This document shows positions 12,061 to 25,442 of a stretch of 64,000 nt of DNA, piece after piece. Each line of letters opens with the position of its first letter. Position 1 is the stretch's first letter. The stretch is taken from assembly GCA_951406725.2 (NCBI GenBank), contig OX597831.1:72664001-72728000 (forward strand). The letters are read 5' to 3'. Position numbers and translations under genes: made by a program. This DNA comes from Octopus vulgaris. Taxonomy: Eukaryota. The notes beneath the pieces are model-generated. The model did no database searches, had not been told where the DNA came from, and was given only the letters and a program-made list of their open reading frames with translations.

Positions 12061-12309
12061 GCTACCACCATCACCGCTGCCACCAGTGCTAAAGCCTCTT
12101 GCTAATTCCTCACTGCAACATTGAAATATTTAGAGACACTAGCAGACACACAGACAGACACACAACCATTCCGCTCGGACACACTCCTTGTCTGACAGTC
12201 ACCCACCCACTCACCCAGCCATGACCACACCCAACCAGAAGGAGAAAAACCATAAAATAAATAATCAAATAACTGGCATTCTCCCTTGACTGTGAAACAT
12301 TCCAAGCTT

Positions 12310-12985
12310 GTTGGTGATGATGATGATGATGACGACGATGGTGGTGGCTGCGGTGGTGGTGGTGGTAGTGGTGGCGGTGGTGGTGGTGGTGGCAGTGGTG
12401 GCGATGATAATGGTAGTGGTAGGAGGGTGATGTCATGATGATGATGTAAGTGGTGGTAGTAGTGGTGGTGGTAGAAATTGGGAGTGGTTTTGGAGAAGGC
12501 ACCAGTGATGGTGGTCATAGTGATAATGGTGGTGGTGGTGGTGATTATGATGATGATGATGATATTGGTGATAATGATGATGTAACTACTCTGAATATAA
12601 AACTATTTTGATAAGGTCATTAACACTGAATGGTTGTCATAGTGACAGAGATGGATAATATTCTAAATAGGCTGTGGTGGTGGTGGTGGTGGTGGGGTGG
12701 ATGGGTAGGTAGCAGTATTGGTGATGTAGTGGAGGTGGTATGGTAATGGTGTTGTTGATATTGTGGTTTGGTAGTAGTAAACTTAGTGGTGGTGATGGTG
12801 AATGATGATGACAGCAAGGATAGTGGTGGTAGTTGTGGTGTTAGTGGTTGCAGTAACAGTGATGTAGTAGTCGGCGGGGGGGGGGGTAGTGACTGATGTT
12901 GACAACACTGATGGTGATGGTATGAGAAACAGTCATAACAGTGGTGATGATGGTGGTGGTGGTGGTGGTGGTAGCACTGATGGTG
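12310..12985. repeat. Compound (GGT/GAT/AGT)n low-complexity tract
   Basis: Trinucleotide runs seen directly; they generate spurious Pro/His/Thr-rich ORFs. Confidence 0.9.
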
Positions 12986-14231
12986 GAAAGTGCATTTATC
13001 TTTAACTCTTGGAAGCTGGATATTGTTAACAGGTCAGTTTGTTGTCGTTGGGTATCACACCCACCCCTACTCCCACCCGGCAAGTTAGACTCTACGGGGG
13101 GGGGGGGTTGATCGACCTCCTCCAAATAGCAGTTAAATCTCTTCACTGTCTTCAAAATAAAATAAGGCTAAACTGAACAATGTAACCCTGCATATACAAA
13201 TACATGGGATGGTCATGCCCAGCAGGCCTTTAATTAATGATCTGATCAATCGGATTAATCTGGGGTTAAGGAATTAAGGAAATCTGCAACATTTGAGGAG
13301 GGTATCAGAGGTAAATCTTTTACTAACCCAGAGCGGAATTCAGTAGGATAACAGAATGTCCCTCATACTTTGCAACCAGCCCTGGATTTAAGGAGGGAAT
13401 CAACAGGTCCCTTCTTACTCTGCAGCCTATGCTAAATTTAAGGAAGGTAATCAGATAGTTCTTGCTTACTTTACAACCTTTTACACAGTTCAATAAATAG
13501 AAAAGTTCCTTATGGAATAAACGGTCTTGATTAGTCTTCTTGTTCCATCGGTTTTAACAGTAAGTGGTAAGAGCAAAATATAAGAAGTTAGGGGTGTCTT
13601 GACCCCTTATTAAAGGAAGACTGCATAACTTTAAATGAGTTAAGGGTGTCTTTTAGTAAAGGAAGAGAGGAAGAAAAACCTAGAAAAAAACGTGATGGAG
13701 TAATGTGTGTGTGTGAGTGTAAATCAGATGTAGGGCTGTGCAAAGGTGAAATGGAAGGTAGAGGGGAAAGAAATATGGTGGAAGACAATGTGAAGAATTT
13801 GATACACGAGTTGTAGTAAAAGAAATATTTAAGCCAAAAGAACATCCCCTGGTGTTGGGTGAGGCAGGGAGGAGGTGATGCTAGTTGACCAAGTTTAATT
13901 CTATTGGCAAGTTGGGTCCGGATTCAAGGTGATCTAATTACTGTGATTACATCAGTTCTGCCACCAATGTTTAGAAAGTCATTAAACGTCAGCTGTGGTG
14001 GACGATTCCTTAAATGCAAACATCTTGCAGAAAAGAAAATCAAAAACTACAACTACTACTATGAAAACATTGTACGTACTTTACTCTAAGCACTACTATG
14101 GTCAGTATGGTCCAAGATATTTATTTTCAGCAAATATAAAAGTAAACTAACAACTATAACACAAACCACATTCTACACAATGACCACTCAATACTATGAC
14201 ACAACCCTCACCTGACACTGAAACATTACAT

Positions 14232-14585
14232 ACGCAGGAGTGACTGTGTGGTAAGTAGCTTGCTAACCAACCACATGGTTCCGGGTTCAGTCCCACTGCG
14301 TGGCATCTTGGGCAAGTGTCTTCTGCTATAGCCCCGGGCCGACCAATGACTTGTGAGTGGATTTGGTAGACGGAAACTGAAAGAAGCCTGTCGTATATAT
14401 GTATATGTGTGTGTGTGTTTGTGTGTCTGTGTTTGTCCCCCTAACATCGCTTGACAACCGATGCTGGTGTGTTTACGTCCCCGTCACTTAGTGGTTCGGT
14501 AAAAGAGACCGATAGAATAAGTACTGGGCTTACAAAGAATAAGTCTCGGGGTCGATTTGCTCGACTAAAGGCGGTGCTCCAGCAT
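14232..14585 (+). mobile_element. SINE family A
   Basis: Near full-length match to 8394-8760. Confidence 0.85.
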
Positions 14586-15185
14586 TAACCACATAACACA
14601 TCATTATGCGATGCTACAACATATACAAACACAATACTGCACACATGCACCTCAGGAACAGAGGTTGCATCTGGTGATGCAGTAAAAGTTTGCATGAAAC
14701 TGTTAGAACATATAAAGATTAATGATATGAATAAAGAGTCAAAAATATTGAAAAGGTTGCAAGACGCAACGAAAATTTTAGGACAATAAAAATTTTAAAA
14801 AATAAGAAAAAAGTGGAAATTTTACCGGTGAGTGTGTTACATAATAAGGCACAAAAAGAAAATGACTCTCCCCAGACACAACAGAATATGCTTCAGCACA
14901 CGAACTCATATAAAGAATCTTGCAAACCAAATCCCAAAACAAAATAATATAAATATAATTACTGAATTATTCATGTTGTTCCTGCAGTCTAACTGTTTTG
15001 TCCGTGTGTTACACCAAGGGAGGTAATAACTCAAACAGAGAAAGTTATACCGAGAGAGAGGAATCAGTGCAAAAAATAGAAAGAGGTAGATGGTCTCTGT
15101 CATTTTGCATTTGTGCGTTCAAACACAGTTGAAATGTTTAACATAACGAAACAATGTCTTTGGAGTCTTTTGTATGTATGGAGTC

Positions 15186-15512
15186 TTTTACTTGTTTCAG
15201 TCATTTGACTGGGGCCATGCTGGAGCACCGCCTTTAGTCGAGCAAATCGACCCCATAACTTATTCTTTGTAAGCCCAGTACTTATTTTATCGGTCTCTTT
15301 TGCCGAACCGCTAAGTTACGGAGACATAAACACACCAGCATCGGTTGTCAAGCAATACTAGGGGACAAACACAGACACAAACACACACACACATATATAT
15401 ATATATATTTAAATATACGACGGGCTTCTTTCAGTTTCCGTCTACCAAATCCACTCACAAGGCTTTGGTCGGCCCGAGGCTATAGTAGAAGACACTTGCC
15501 CAAGGTGCCACG
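15186..15512 (-). mobile_element. SINE family A, 5'-truncated
   Basis: Reverse complement of family A. Confidence 0.85.
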
Positions 15513-15655
15513 CATGAAGATTTATAAATTTATGCAGTAAAAGATGTACTGGGAGATAGTTTAATAAAAACAAAATAACCTTATGGCTGTAGATGCTACA
15601 CTTGTCTTTTAAGTGTTCCAGATCAACAGCTGTAGCCATGCTGGAGCACTCCCAT

Positions 15656-15696
<41 letters not shown>

Positions 15697-16070
15697 ACTA
15701 AGTTTCATTGCTTATTTTTTTATTATGAGAGTAGACAAATACATTGCCAGAAAAGGAAGTAGATATTCAAATATACCGATTTAGCCCATGGAATATTTTC
15801 CCACTAGAAAGTATTATTAATCATATTTGAATGGTATCTTATTTTATCAAACCCAGTGAGATGAAAGTCAGCAGGTTTTGAACTAAGAACAGACAGAATC
15901 ATAATTAAATACAAGATATTTGGTCCCCTTTCTCTAACAATGTTGCCAATCCATCACTCTTAATAATTCTTTCTGGTTTCACCACAAAGCCAACATGCTT
16001 AGAGTAGGCCCCGTTTACTAAGCCCATTCTTGCCACATTCATTCACCTTTTAACAAAATTGCTAGGAGTA

Positions 16071-16306
16071 CTCAGTGGCGAATGCAGGGGTGTTTCCCTA
16101 GTTGCCTGGGCAACACCCTTTCTAGCTGAGCCAACACCCAAAAAATCAGGACCAAAGATTTTCAGGCAACAATCAAGGAAAAGGGAGTCAACTCTTATGA
16201 GAATAGGAGTTGCCGGACCTACTAGGTGTTGCCCAACCTGCCCACTAGAGTGCTATTTTTTCAAAACTTTTGAGCAACACCTAAAAAACATCATGGATCC
16301 CCCCTA
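16071..16306. mobile_element. Possible MITE (Harbinger- or hAT-like ends)
   Basis: Ends cagtggcgaatgcagg / catggatccccccta resemble caggggcggatccagg-type TIRs, with repeated gcaacacc/ggtgttgc subterminal motifs. Confidence 0.4.
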
Positions 16307-18136
16307 ACCGCCCCCCCCCACCCGCACATCTCTTTCTACTTTCACTTTCCTTTTCAAAATAATGTGGCCTTCACCAAAGAGAAAAGTATCTGTCTTCAGC
16401 CCTTCAACCTGGTCCACCACACAATCTCTTCTGGTAAGGCTACCAGACAAATAAACATTGCCTGCCCTTCCTGACCAAAGGAAGGAGGTGGGACAATCCT
16501 CTGTTGATAGCTGAATCCATCCTACATGTGACAGCAGGTGTTCGACATAAACCCACAAGCCAGCATCGTTTGGGCAATGGACGAGAGCATATAGAACAGT
16601 TTCATCAATCCATACACATCTTGGACAAGCCCAGCTGACACCACTTCCATACCTGTAGAGTTTATCCCAAACCAGTAATGTTCCCTGATAGCATTACCAA
16701 ACCAAGGACTTCTGGAAAATAATAATAATAATAACAACAACAATAATGATAATAATGATTGCAAGTTTTGGCACAAAAACAACAGGTTTAGACAGCCAGT
16801 CGATTACATCAACCCCAGCACACAACTGGTACTTATTTCACCCATTCAGAAAGGAAGAAAGGCAAAGTCAACCTTCGTAGAATTTGAACTCAGAATGTAA
16901 AGAACTGCAAGAAATGCTACAAACAATTCTACAGGTTCACCACAATAATAATAGTAATACTAATGATGATGATGGTATGATGGTGATGATGATGATGATG
17001 AAAGCATTAGCTATCAGTTTTCAAACCAAACCCTGTTATTGTCTTATATTGCTAATGTTACAGGATTTTTTGAAAACTTTCAACAAGTTGATTGATGGGA
17101 GCGGAGTGGGGACGAGGTAAAGATCTCTTCTTTTATATTTACACCAATTTATTCACTTCTGGAATTAAAACAATTTAAGCTTTTCAAGCATTTCTCAAAG
17201 AGAACCACCAAAAAATTAAAAAAAAAAGTACCCCCACTACCACCAGCAATCAAAAAACACAAATTTTTGTGAAAATAGTTTGAAATTGTCTAATCTTAGC
17301 TGTTTATGAAACCATTTTTCTCGTTAGATTTAATGTCACCCATTTTTAATCTGGTCTCTTTTCAAAGAAGAGGAAGTTACCATTTTAGAATGTGTAAAAT
17401 CAATTATGTTTTTCTTCATTTTTATTTTAAATGATCTAAACCTGTTCTTTATGGAATCAATAAGTGTGTAGCATCTGACAAGCTTTCAAAACCAGGTGCA
17501 GGCACTAACAAAGCAAATTCTAAACTCTTTCATTACCATATTCTTAAAGAAATACACCGAGAGCTTTTGAAAAATAATGAGCTATTTTGAGGAATTTCAT
17601 AAAATAGCTGATATTTTCATTAGGAAGCCAGTGTTCAGAACATAACGAAATGTTCTTACATTAAATTACAAGACAAGATTTTTTAATTTAAGTATGGAAT
17701 TTTTTTTTAGTTGGTGTCTGGTGCGACAGAACTGAAGCTAGCCTTGGGCAGGTTGCCATCAACAGGGTTAACGAACCTTGCGAAAGCAAATCCATTAGAT
17801 TGGAATATTACTGCTTCTTCTTCGTGGAATCACAAGAGAAGGCAGAGGAGGAGAAAGCTCTTTCACATTAATAGATTAAAATAATATTGTAGAATGGAAA
17901 CGAAGCGCTTTCTCTGTATTGTAATCTCAAGACACACAACGCCATCATAATTTCTTACAATTAACACATCTCTCTCTCTCTCTCTCCTTCAAACACACAG
18001 AGCAGAAGATATTTTCAATTTTACCTTTTCGATCCGTTTTAAACCGTTTTATATTGGAGAAAATTTGTAATTATCCTGACTTAACTCCATTATAATATTT
18101 ATTCTATACATTTTAGACTTTCCCAGATTATATATA

Positions 18137-18707
18137 TCATCATTGTTTAACGTCCGTTTTCCATGCTGGCATGGGTCGGAGAGTTTGACTGAGGTCTGGA
18201 GAGCCAGCAGCTGCACCAGGCTCCAGTCTGATCTGGCAATGTTTCTACAGCTGGATGCCCTTCCTAATGCCAACAGCTCCAAGAGTGTAGTGGGTGCTTT
18301 TTATATGCCACCAGCACGGGGGCCAGTCACAGGGTACTGGCATCAGCCACGTTTGGTTGGTGCTTTTTACATGCCACCAGCACAAGAACAAGTCAGGGGG
18401 TACTGGCATTGGTCACGTTTGGATGGTGCTTTTTACATGCCACTGGCATGGGAGCCAGTCAAATGGACCTGGCATTGACCACACTTAGATGGTACTTTTT
18501 ACATGCCACCAGCACAGGAGCCAGTCAGGGGACACTGGCCACAGCTATGAAATTGGATTTACTTGATTCAACAAGCCTTCTCAAGTATATCATATCACAT
18601 GAGGTTTCTGGGGTACTCTTAACAGGGCTGCAATCTCACTTTAGTTGCCAGGTCTTCTCAATCACAGCATATCGCCAAAGGTCTTTCTCTCCTGTCATTG
18701 CCTCTGT
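18137..18707 (-). mobile_element. RTE-type LINE 3' end including ORF C-terminus
   Basis: Minus strand encodes ...TEAMTGEKDLWRYAVIEKTWQLK*, resembling the RTE ORF-terminal 'DR..WR..V' motif. It is followed by a 3' UTR with ~4 diverged tandem units and a (GAT)n tail. Confidence 0.75.
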
Positions 18708-18715
18708 GATATATA

Positions 18716-18759
<44 letters not shown>

Positions 18760-18761
<2 letters not shown>

Positions 18762-19070
18762 ACCATGATCACCGTGACCGACCAGACCATCAGATGTTGC
18801 TACACATCGCTGGTCACAACACACTTCACATTGTTTTAGCCTTCAAATGACGCCACCCCACTGGCTAAGCAAGCAGGCCAACAGAAGAAAGAGTGAGAGA
18901 AAGTTGTGGCGGAAGAGTACATCAGGGATCGCCACCATCTCCTGCAGGAGCCGCATGGAGCTTTAGGTGTTTTCGCTCAATAAACACTCACAATGCCTGG
19001 TCTGGGAATCGAAACCGCGATCCTACGACCGCGAGTCCGCTGCCCTAACCACTGGGCCATTGCGCCTCCA
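18760..19070 (-). mobile_element. tRNA-derived SINE (family D-related)
   Basis: Minus-strand head ggaggcgcaatggcccagtggttagggcagcggactcgcggtcgtaggatcgcggtttcgattccc; similar copy at 21511-21818. Confidence 0.8.
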
Positions 19071-19097
19071 CACACACATATATATATACATACATAA

Positions 19098-19142
<45 letters not shown>

Positions 19143-19644
19143 ATCAATTGATGAAGACAAAAGAACAGGAGTTATGTAATCACCTTAAATAACTGACTGT
19201 TATTTCAGCTGTAAGAAGCATTATACTCAGCTCTGTGCACTGCTGCTTATAGCAGAAACAGCTTTAAGCTAATGAAGTTGATTATGTAACTCCTGTTCCT
19301 TTGTCATTCCTTCATTGAGGTTACACTCTGTACTTGCTTACCATTGTACTCTAAAGCATATGTATATTGAGTTCTGTCTAACAACTAATTGTTAGTATCA
19401 CTATGCCTAAGTGAAATAATAAAATACATTTTTTATCTTTAACTTGTGTCAGTCATTGGACTACGGCCATGCTGGGGCACTTCTTTGTAGAATTTTATTC
19501 AAACAACTTGATCCCAGTATTTACTTTTTTTTAAAGCCTGGTGCTTATTTTATCAGTCTCTTTTGCTAACTTGCTAGATTACAGGGATCTAAATAAACCA
19601 ACACCAGCTGTCAAGCAGTCATTTGGAACAAACATACATATATG

Positions 19645-20050
19645 GATGTAGGATTGGCTGTGTGGTAAGAAGCTTGCTTCTCAACCACATGGTTCCAGGT
19701 TCAGTCCCACTGTGTGGCACCTTGGGCAAGTGTCTTCTACTATAGCCTCGGGCCGACCAAAGACTTGTGAGTGGATTTGATAGACGGAAACTGAAAGAAG
19801 CCCATTATGTATATAAATATGTATGTGTGTGTGTATGTATTCACGTATCTGTGTTTGTCCCCCCCACCATGCTTGGCAACCGATGTTGGTATGTTTACGT
19901 CCCTGTAACTTAGCAGTTCGGCAAAAGAGAACCGATAGAACAAGTACTAGGCTTACAAAGAAAAAGTCCTGAGGTTGATTTGTTTAACTAAAAGGCGGTG
20001 CCCCAGCATGGTCGGAGTCAAATGATTGAAACAAGTAAAAGGATAAAAGA
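19645..20050 (+). mobile_element. SINE family A, flanked by inverted partial copies
   Basis: Full copy, with minus-strand fragments at ~19435-19640 and ~20060-20205. Confidence 0.8.
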
Positions 20051-20204
20051 ATATACATGCAACAGGTTTCGTTCAGTTTCCATCTACCAAATCCACTCAC
20101 AAGAGCTATGGTTGAAGACACTTGCCTCATAGTACTACAAAGTGGGACTGAACCTGGAACCATGCGGTTTGGAAGCAAACTTACACACTGCCATGCTTGC
20201 ACCT

Positions 20205-20254
<50 letters not shown>

Positions 20255-20347
20255 CACACACACACAGACAATCCTCAAGGTTTGTTCACTGAACTATCAC
20301 TATCTCTAGTAGTTCTGTAAAATAATAAAATAGTTCTTTATGTATGA

Positions 20348-20660
20348 AAGCACGTGGCTTAGTGGTCAGGGTATTTGACTCACATTCTTAAGGTTGTGAG
20401 TTCGATTCCTAGTGGCACACTGTGTCCCTGAGCAAGACACTTTATTTCACTTTGCTTCAGTCCACTCAGCTGGCAAAAATAAATCATACCTGTAATGAAA
20501 GGGCCAGCCTTGTCACACTCTGTGTCACGCTGAATCTCCCCGGGAACTACATTAAGGGTACACGTGTCTGTGGAGTGCTCAGTCACTTGCACGTTAATAT
20601 CATGAGCAAGCTGTTCCGTTGATCGGATCAACTGGAACCCTCATCATCATAAGCTGATGG
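20348..20660 (+). mobile_element. tRNA-derived SINE (family D)
   Basis: tggcttagtggtcagg (A box), gagttcgattcc (B box), then gtgtccctgagcaagacacttta. Confidence 0.75.
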
Positions 20661-20875
20661 AATGCCAGTTTGACAAATCTCAAGAACTACCTTGGGGTGG
20701 GGGAACAGGAATAGGTGTGGATGAGGGGTTAAGAAGTTTGCTTCACAATCACATGATTTTAGGTTCAGTTCCACGGCACAGCAGCTTGAGCAAATCTCTA
20801 CCACCATCAAAGATGAGCAAAACCTAGTGAGTGAATTTGATAAATGGAAACTAAAAGAAGCCTTGTGTATAAATA

Positions 20876-21173
20876 TGCAATGGGGTGGTGAAAAGTTCCT
20901 GGCTTTGAGTAAGACAAAATACAGGAGGATAAGTTAATTAAGATTTTATTCAACATATTCCGGTGGCACGTAAAACTGTCAAACTATCCAACCCATGCCA
21001 GCATGGAAAGCGGATGTTAAATGATGATGATGATATTCCCCTCTCAGATTCACACATCTATTGCAGTGGTCCTTCAGTTTTTCTAAGCCCTGTAAAAGGA
21101 CTTAGAAGGTTCAGCCTCCAGCCAGGCCCTTTGTGATACCCTTAAAGCCAGAAACTTTTCAACACCCCCTCAT
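20876..21173. mobile_element. Tc1/mariner-like MITE containing a nested RTE tail
   Basis: TIRs ggggtggtgaaaagttcctggcttt / aaagccagaaacttttcaacacccc. Insert at ~20962-21032 is flanked by the duplication atattcc. Confidence 0.75.
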
Positions 21174-21258
21174 ACAAATGCACGTATATACAGATACCTT
21201 GTGTATAAATGTACATATACATACATGTATGTGTGTAAATGTATACATGCATGCAAAC

Positions 21259-21309
<51 letters not shown>

Positions 21310-21510
21310 AGACTTCCTTCGGTCATGAATGACCATGGGATTGCACCTAGAAAGTTACCCTCCCAGGCACAAGTCTGGGTAAGGTTGCTGTTATGGAAGA
21401 CCACCAATCACCCATCCATACCAGCCTCCCCTCTTCACACCACCGATGTTATCCAAGGGAAAGGCAAAGGCCGATACAGCTTGGCACCAGTGACGTCGCA
21501 ACTCATTTAT

Positions 21511-21818
21511 TAACATGCAAGTGGCTGAGCACTCCACAGACACGTGTACCCCTAACGGAGTTCTCGGGGAGATTCAGTGTGACACAGAGTGTGATCAGGC
21601 TGGCCCTTTCAAATACAGGTACAACAGAAACAGGAAGAAAGAGTGAGAGAAAGTTGTGGTGAAAGAGTACAGCAAGGTTCACCACCACCCCCTACCGGAG
21701 CTTCGAGGAGCTTTAGGTGTTTTCGCTCAATAAACACTCAACGACTAGTCTGAGAATCGAAACTGCAATACTACGACCACGAGTCCACTGCCCTAACCAC
21801 TGAGCCATTGCACCTCCA
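21511..21818 (-). mobile_element. tRNA-derived SINE (family D-related)
   Basis: Shares its head and middle with 18760-19070 and its 3' part with 20348-20660. Confidence 0.75.
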
Positions 21819-22092
21819 TTACATACATACATACATACATACGTGTGTATGTGTGTGTGTGACTCCTTATCTTGACATAGTGTGCGAGTTGTAAACCAGC
21901 TTCGTTACCATAGAAACAGTGCCAATTGAAATCTCGTGTAAAAAACACGTTTCCAAGTAAGGGAGAAATATTCCTTTACTTGGAAACAAGTAATAGTTGG
22001 CAATGGGTAGAGCTTTTGGACAGAGAAAATGTGCTCTGACAAATTCATATGACACACGTAAGAATGGAGAAATAAACACTAAAATAATGATT

Positions 22093-22144
<52 letters not shown>

Positions 22145-23196
22145 GCATGCACACAAGCATGTAGGCACACACACACAGAGTACATAGCAGAGATGTGAAT
22201 TTTCAACTTATATAAATTCAAAAACATCTCATTCTTCCCTGGGGTTAAGACTAGCAAGATAGCAACCAGTTTGTAATAAAAATTATTGATCTCTTGAAAA
22301 TCACAATGGCCTTTGGCTTCTCGGAGAAGAAAATTAAGAGTCTGCAGAGTACATACCATTCTGAAGAACGTCAACCATATACAGAGAGCAAAATGACTAC
22401 AACAAGGAATCAAAAGTTGACTGTGGACTAAGTTCAGTTGAAGTTCACCTCTATAAAAGAACAGAAGGTCTGAGTTTATCTCACACTGCAGACATTTCTC
22501 TACATTGTCACAGATAAATGCTTAATTTTATGTCACCTACCTTTGTAAGATATACCAGCCACAGGTATCAAATCTCTCTAAAAATCCCTTTTTAGCCAAA
22601 GTAAGAAAAGGCTACACTGATTAATGAGGTCCTTCAAACTCTTAAAAGGTGGGATGGTCATGGCTAGAATACATTTGATCATAAGTTTGCTTGATCAAGA
22701 CTGGCATTAGGCAAAACAAAAGCACATGCACAGCTGATATTGATGGAGGTTAAGAGGCATAACATTTTATACATACACACAAAGAGACATGGACACAGAA
22801 AATCATTATTGTTTAATGTCCGCATCTCAGTGCGGAATCTGTTGAGGCAGATTTCTACAGCTGGATGCCCTTCCTGTCACCAGCCCTCACATGTTTCCAA
22901 ACAAGGTAAATATTCCAGACAAGTTTTTTCAATGGGAAATTAGAAACGAACGACATCACTTGTATGACAAAGATGCTCATTTACAACCATCACATCATGG
23001 GCTTCTTTTCAGTTTCCATTTACCAAATATTCCCTCACAAGACACTGGTCTTCTTCACACCATAAGGAAAGACACTTGCCCAAGGGCTGTTGCACAACAG
23101 GATTGAAACTGAAACCACATGGTTGCAAAGCAAACCTCTTGACCAGACGGCCGTAACCAAATACAAATTGAAAGCCATGAAGACTTACGTGGAATA

Positions 23197-23616
23197 TCTA
23201 TATATATAAAACTGTAGTTGTGTGAGTGTCTGTCCCCTTCGATTTAGATTCCTAACTACTCCCACATTTTGCGGTGCAGTTTAACCAAATTCGGGTATCT
23301 TATAGTCGTGATTCATATCGGTGCAGCCCGGGTCTGAGATTCATATATCGGGTAGCGCGCGTCTACGATGAGTCTACGATTTAAAAAAAAATTTACCCTC
23401 ATTTTTTTCCATTTTAATGCATTTTTTCGCTATTATATAAGGGAAATAACTCTCTAAAAATGTCTACAATGAGTCAACGATTTAAAAAAAAATTTACGAT
23501 CATTTTTTTTTCCATTTTTAATGCATTTTTTTGCTATTTTTTGGCTATAACTCTCTAAAAATGCTTATATAGTTATTTCCCTTACAAACCCGAGCAACGC
23601 CAGGCGATACTGCTAG
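23197..23616 (+). mobile_element. Non-autonomous Helitron
   Basis: A|TCTATATATATAAAAC...CGAGCAACGCCAGGCGATACTGCTAG|T, with an internal ~100-bp duplication (23361-23460 vs 23462-23560). Confidence 0.82.
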
Positions 23617-24091
23617 TGTGAAATGAAATAAGGCTTGCAGGGTGGAATGCAACAAGAAGAGGGGAATTTTGATATCATGGGTGAGGACTTTCATCTGATT
23701 CTATGAAATTTTATTGATACATAAAATCCCAAGATATATTTAGTTTTGTTAGCTAAACCATTTTAACCCATAAAACTACTGTCATTAACGAGATATCTCA
23801 TTATCAAGAATGACTTAATGGCTTTCACACACATCACTAATTCTTTTACGGCTTTCTATGGCATATTCCTAGAAAGTTCTCTCATGCAAACACAATAATA
23901 ATGAGATAAATATATATATATATATATATAAATAAATATAGATGTTTATTTATTAATTTTGCACATAACTTAATCATTGGGATATGTTTTATCTTATATT
24001 TAATTTTTCTATAAGACGTAATTTTTTCTAGATGTTATAATTTAATTTTTTTCATTGTTGAATTGATAAAAGGTGATATTTTTCTAATTAT

Positions 24092-24640
24092 ATCATCATC
24101 ATCATCATCATCATCATCAATTAAAGTCTGCTTTCCATGCTGGCATAGGTTGGATGGTTTGACTGAGTTCTGGTGAGCCGGAGGCTGCACCAGGCTCCAA
24201 TCCGTTGCCCTGGCAACAATCATGCTCAGATGTGCTTTTAACGTTCCACTGGCACGAGTGCCAATCAGTCGGTACTGTCATCGGCCATGTCATCGATTTT
24301 GATTTGTTTACATCTGCCTCAATAGGTCTTTGCAAGCAAAGTTCATTGTCCAATGAACGAAGGGTACCCATAAGTGGGCCGGTTACATCCCACATTCGGA
24401 TGTGCTTTTAACGTTCCACTGGCACAAGTGCCAATCAGTCGGTACTGTCATCGATTTTGATTTGTTTACATCTGCCTCAATAGGTCTTTGCAAGCAAAGT
24501 TCATTGTCCAATGAACGAAGGGTACCCATAAGTGGGCCGGTTACATCCCACATTCGGATGTGCTTTTAAGGTTCCACTAGCTCGAGTGCCAATCAGGCAG
24601 TACTGTCATCGGCCACGTCAGTGATTTTGGTTTTGATTTC
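24092..24640 (-). mobile_element. RTE-type 3' end with ~160-170-bp tandem units
   Basis: (CAT)n tail on plus. A unit starting gatgtgcttttaa recurs at about 24229, 24399 and 24558. Confidence 0.7.
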
Positions 24641-24775
24641 ATTTATTAATCAATTAGCTATTCAGCTATATAATGCCTTTTTGGGGGCTTGCAATCACCA
24701 ATATTCTGTTATTATCATTTTTAAATTGTTACACTAGATGTTATCGTGAATTATTTGCTCTGTATTGTATATATT

Positions 24776-24826
<51 letters not shown>

Positions 24827-25094
24827 GCAACAAAAGGCCACCAAAGCTACCAGAGTTATAATCTACATGAGGTAATGATGAGAATTTGGTAAAAAGGCTA
24901 TTTGGTTAGAGATGTTTATTTGAAAGAAAGTGTAAGAAATGATGTTGTTATGAGTTTGTGGGAGGAACGGAGGGGAATGGTCAGAGGTGGGGGAGGCAGT
25001 GGTGGTGGCAGCAGGAAATAATTTTGAATTCATTTCATACTCTATTAGACTTCCAATTATGTATGCACACAAACACACACCTATATACACAGAC

Positions 25095-25125
<31 letters not shown>

Positions 25126-25410
25126 TCATACTCGCACACACACAGATACATACATATATACTTAGACACACACACACACACACACACTTGTATACCCACA
25201 CAAATATACACCCCATCTGCAATGTGTTATGTAATAAACAAGACAAGTGCATTGCCATCAGAGTTATATTTAGACATTCACATACGGAAGGAGGGGGGAG
25301 GAGGAAGGGGAGGAGGAGAAAGAGGACAATGACAACAAAGGCTAACAGCAGAACAGAGATCTTTGTTGCTTCTATCTCTACTTACATGTTTGTAAGACAT
25401 GCTTCTATGA

Positions 25411-25442
<32 letters not shown>

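Noticed and set aside
16304-16782. Two adjacent minus-strand ORFs in unique-looking sequence
   Set aside because: No recognisable domain or consistent splice signals, and PLEKHA exons 1-2 join without them. They could be an old TE fragment.
18990-19070. tRNA-like sequence
   Set aside because: It continues into a SINE body found in several copies and lacks a proper acceptor stem, so it is a SINE head rather than a tRNA gene.
22536-22600. Possible PLEKHA exon ending YLTK|GTAGG
   Set aside because: An in-frame TGA lies nine codons upstream with no acceptor in between. The exon at 8847-8906 fits much better.
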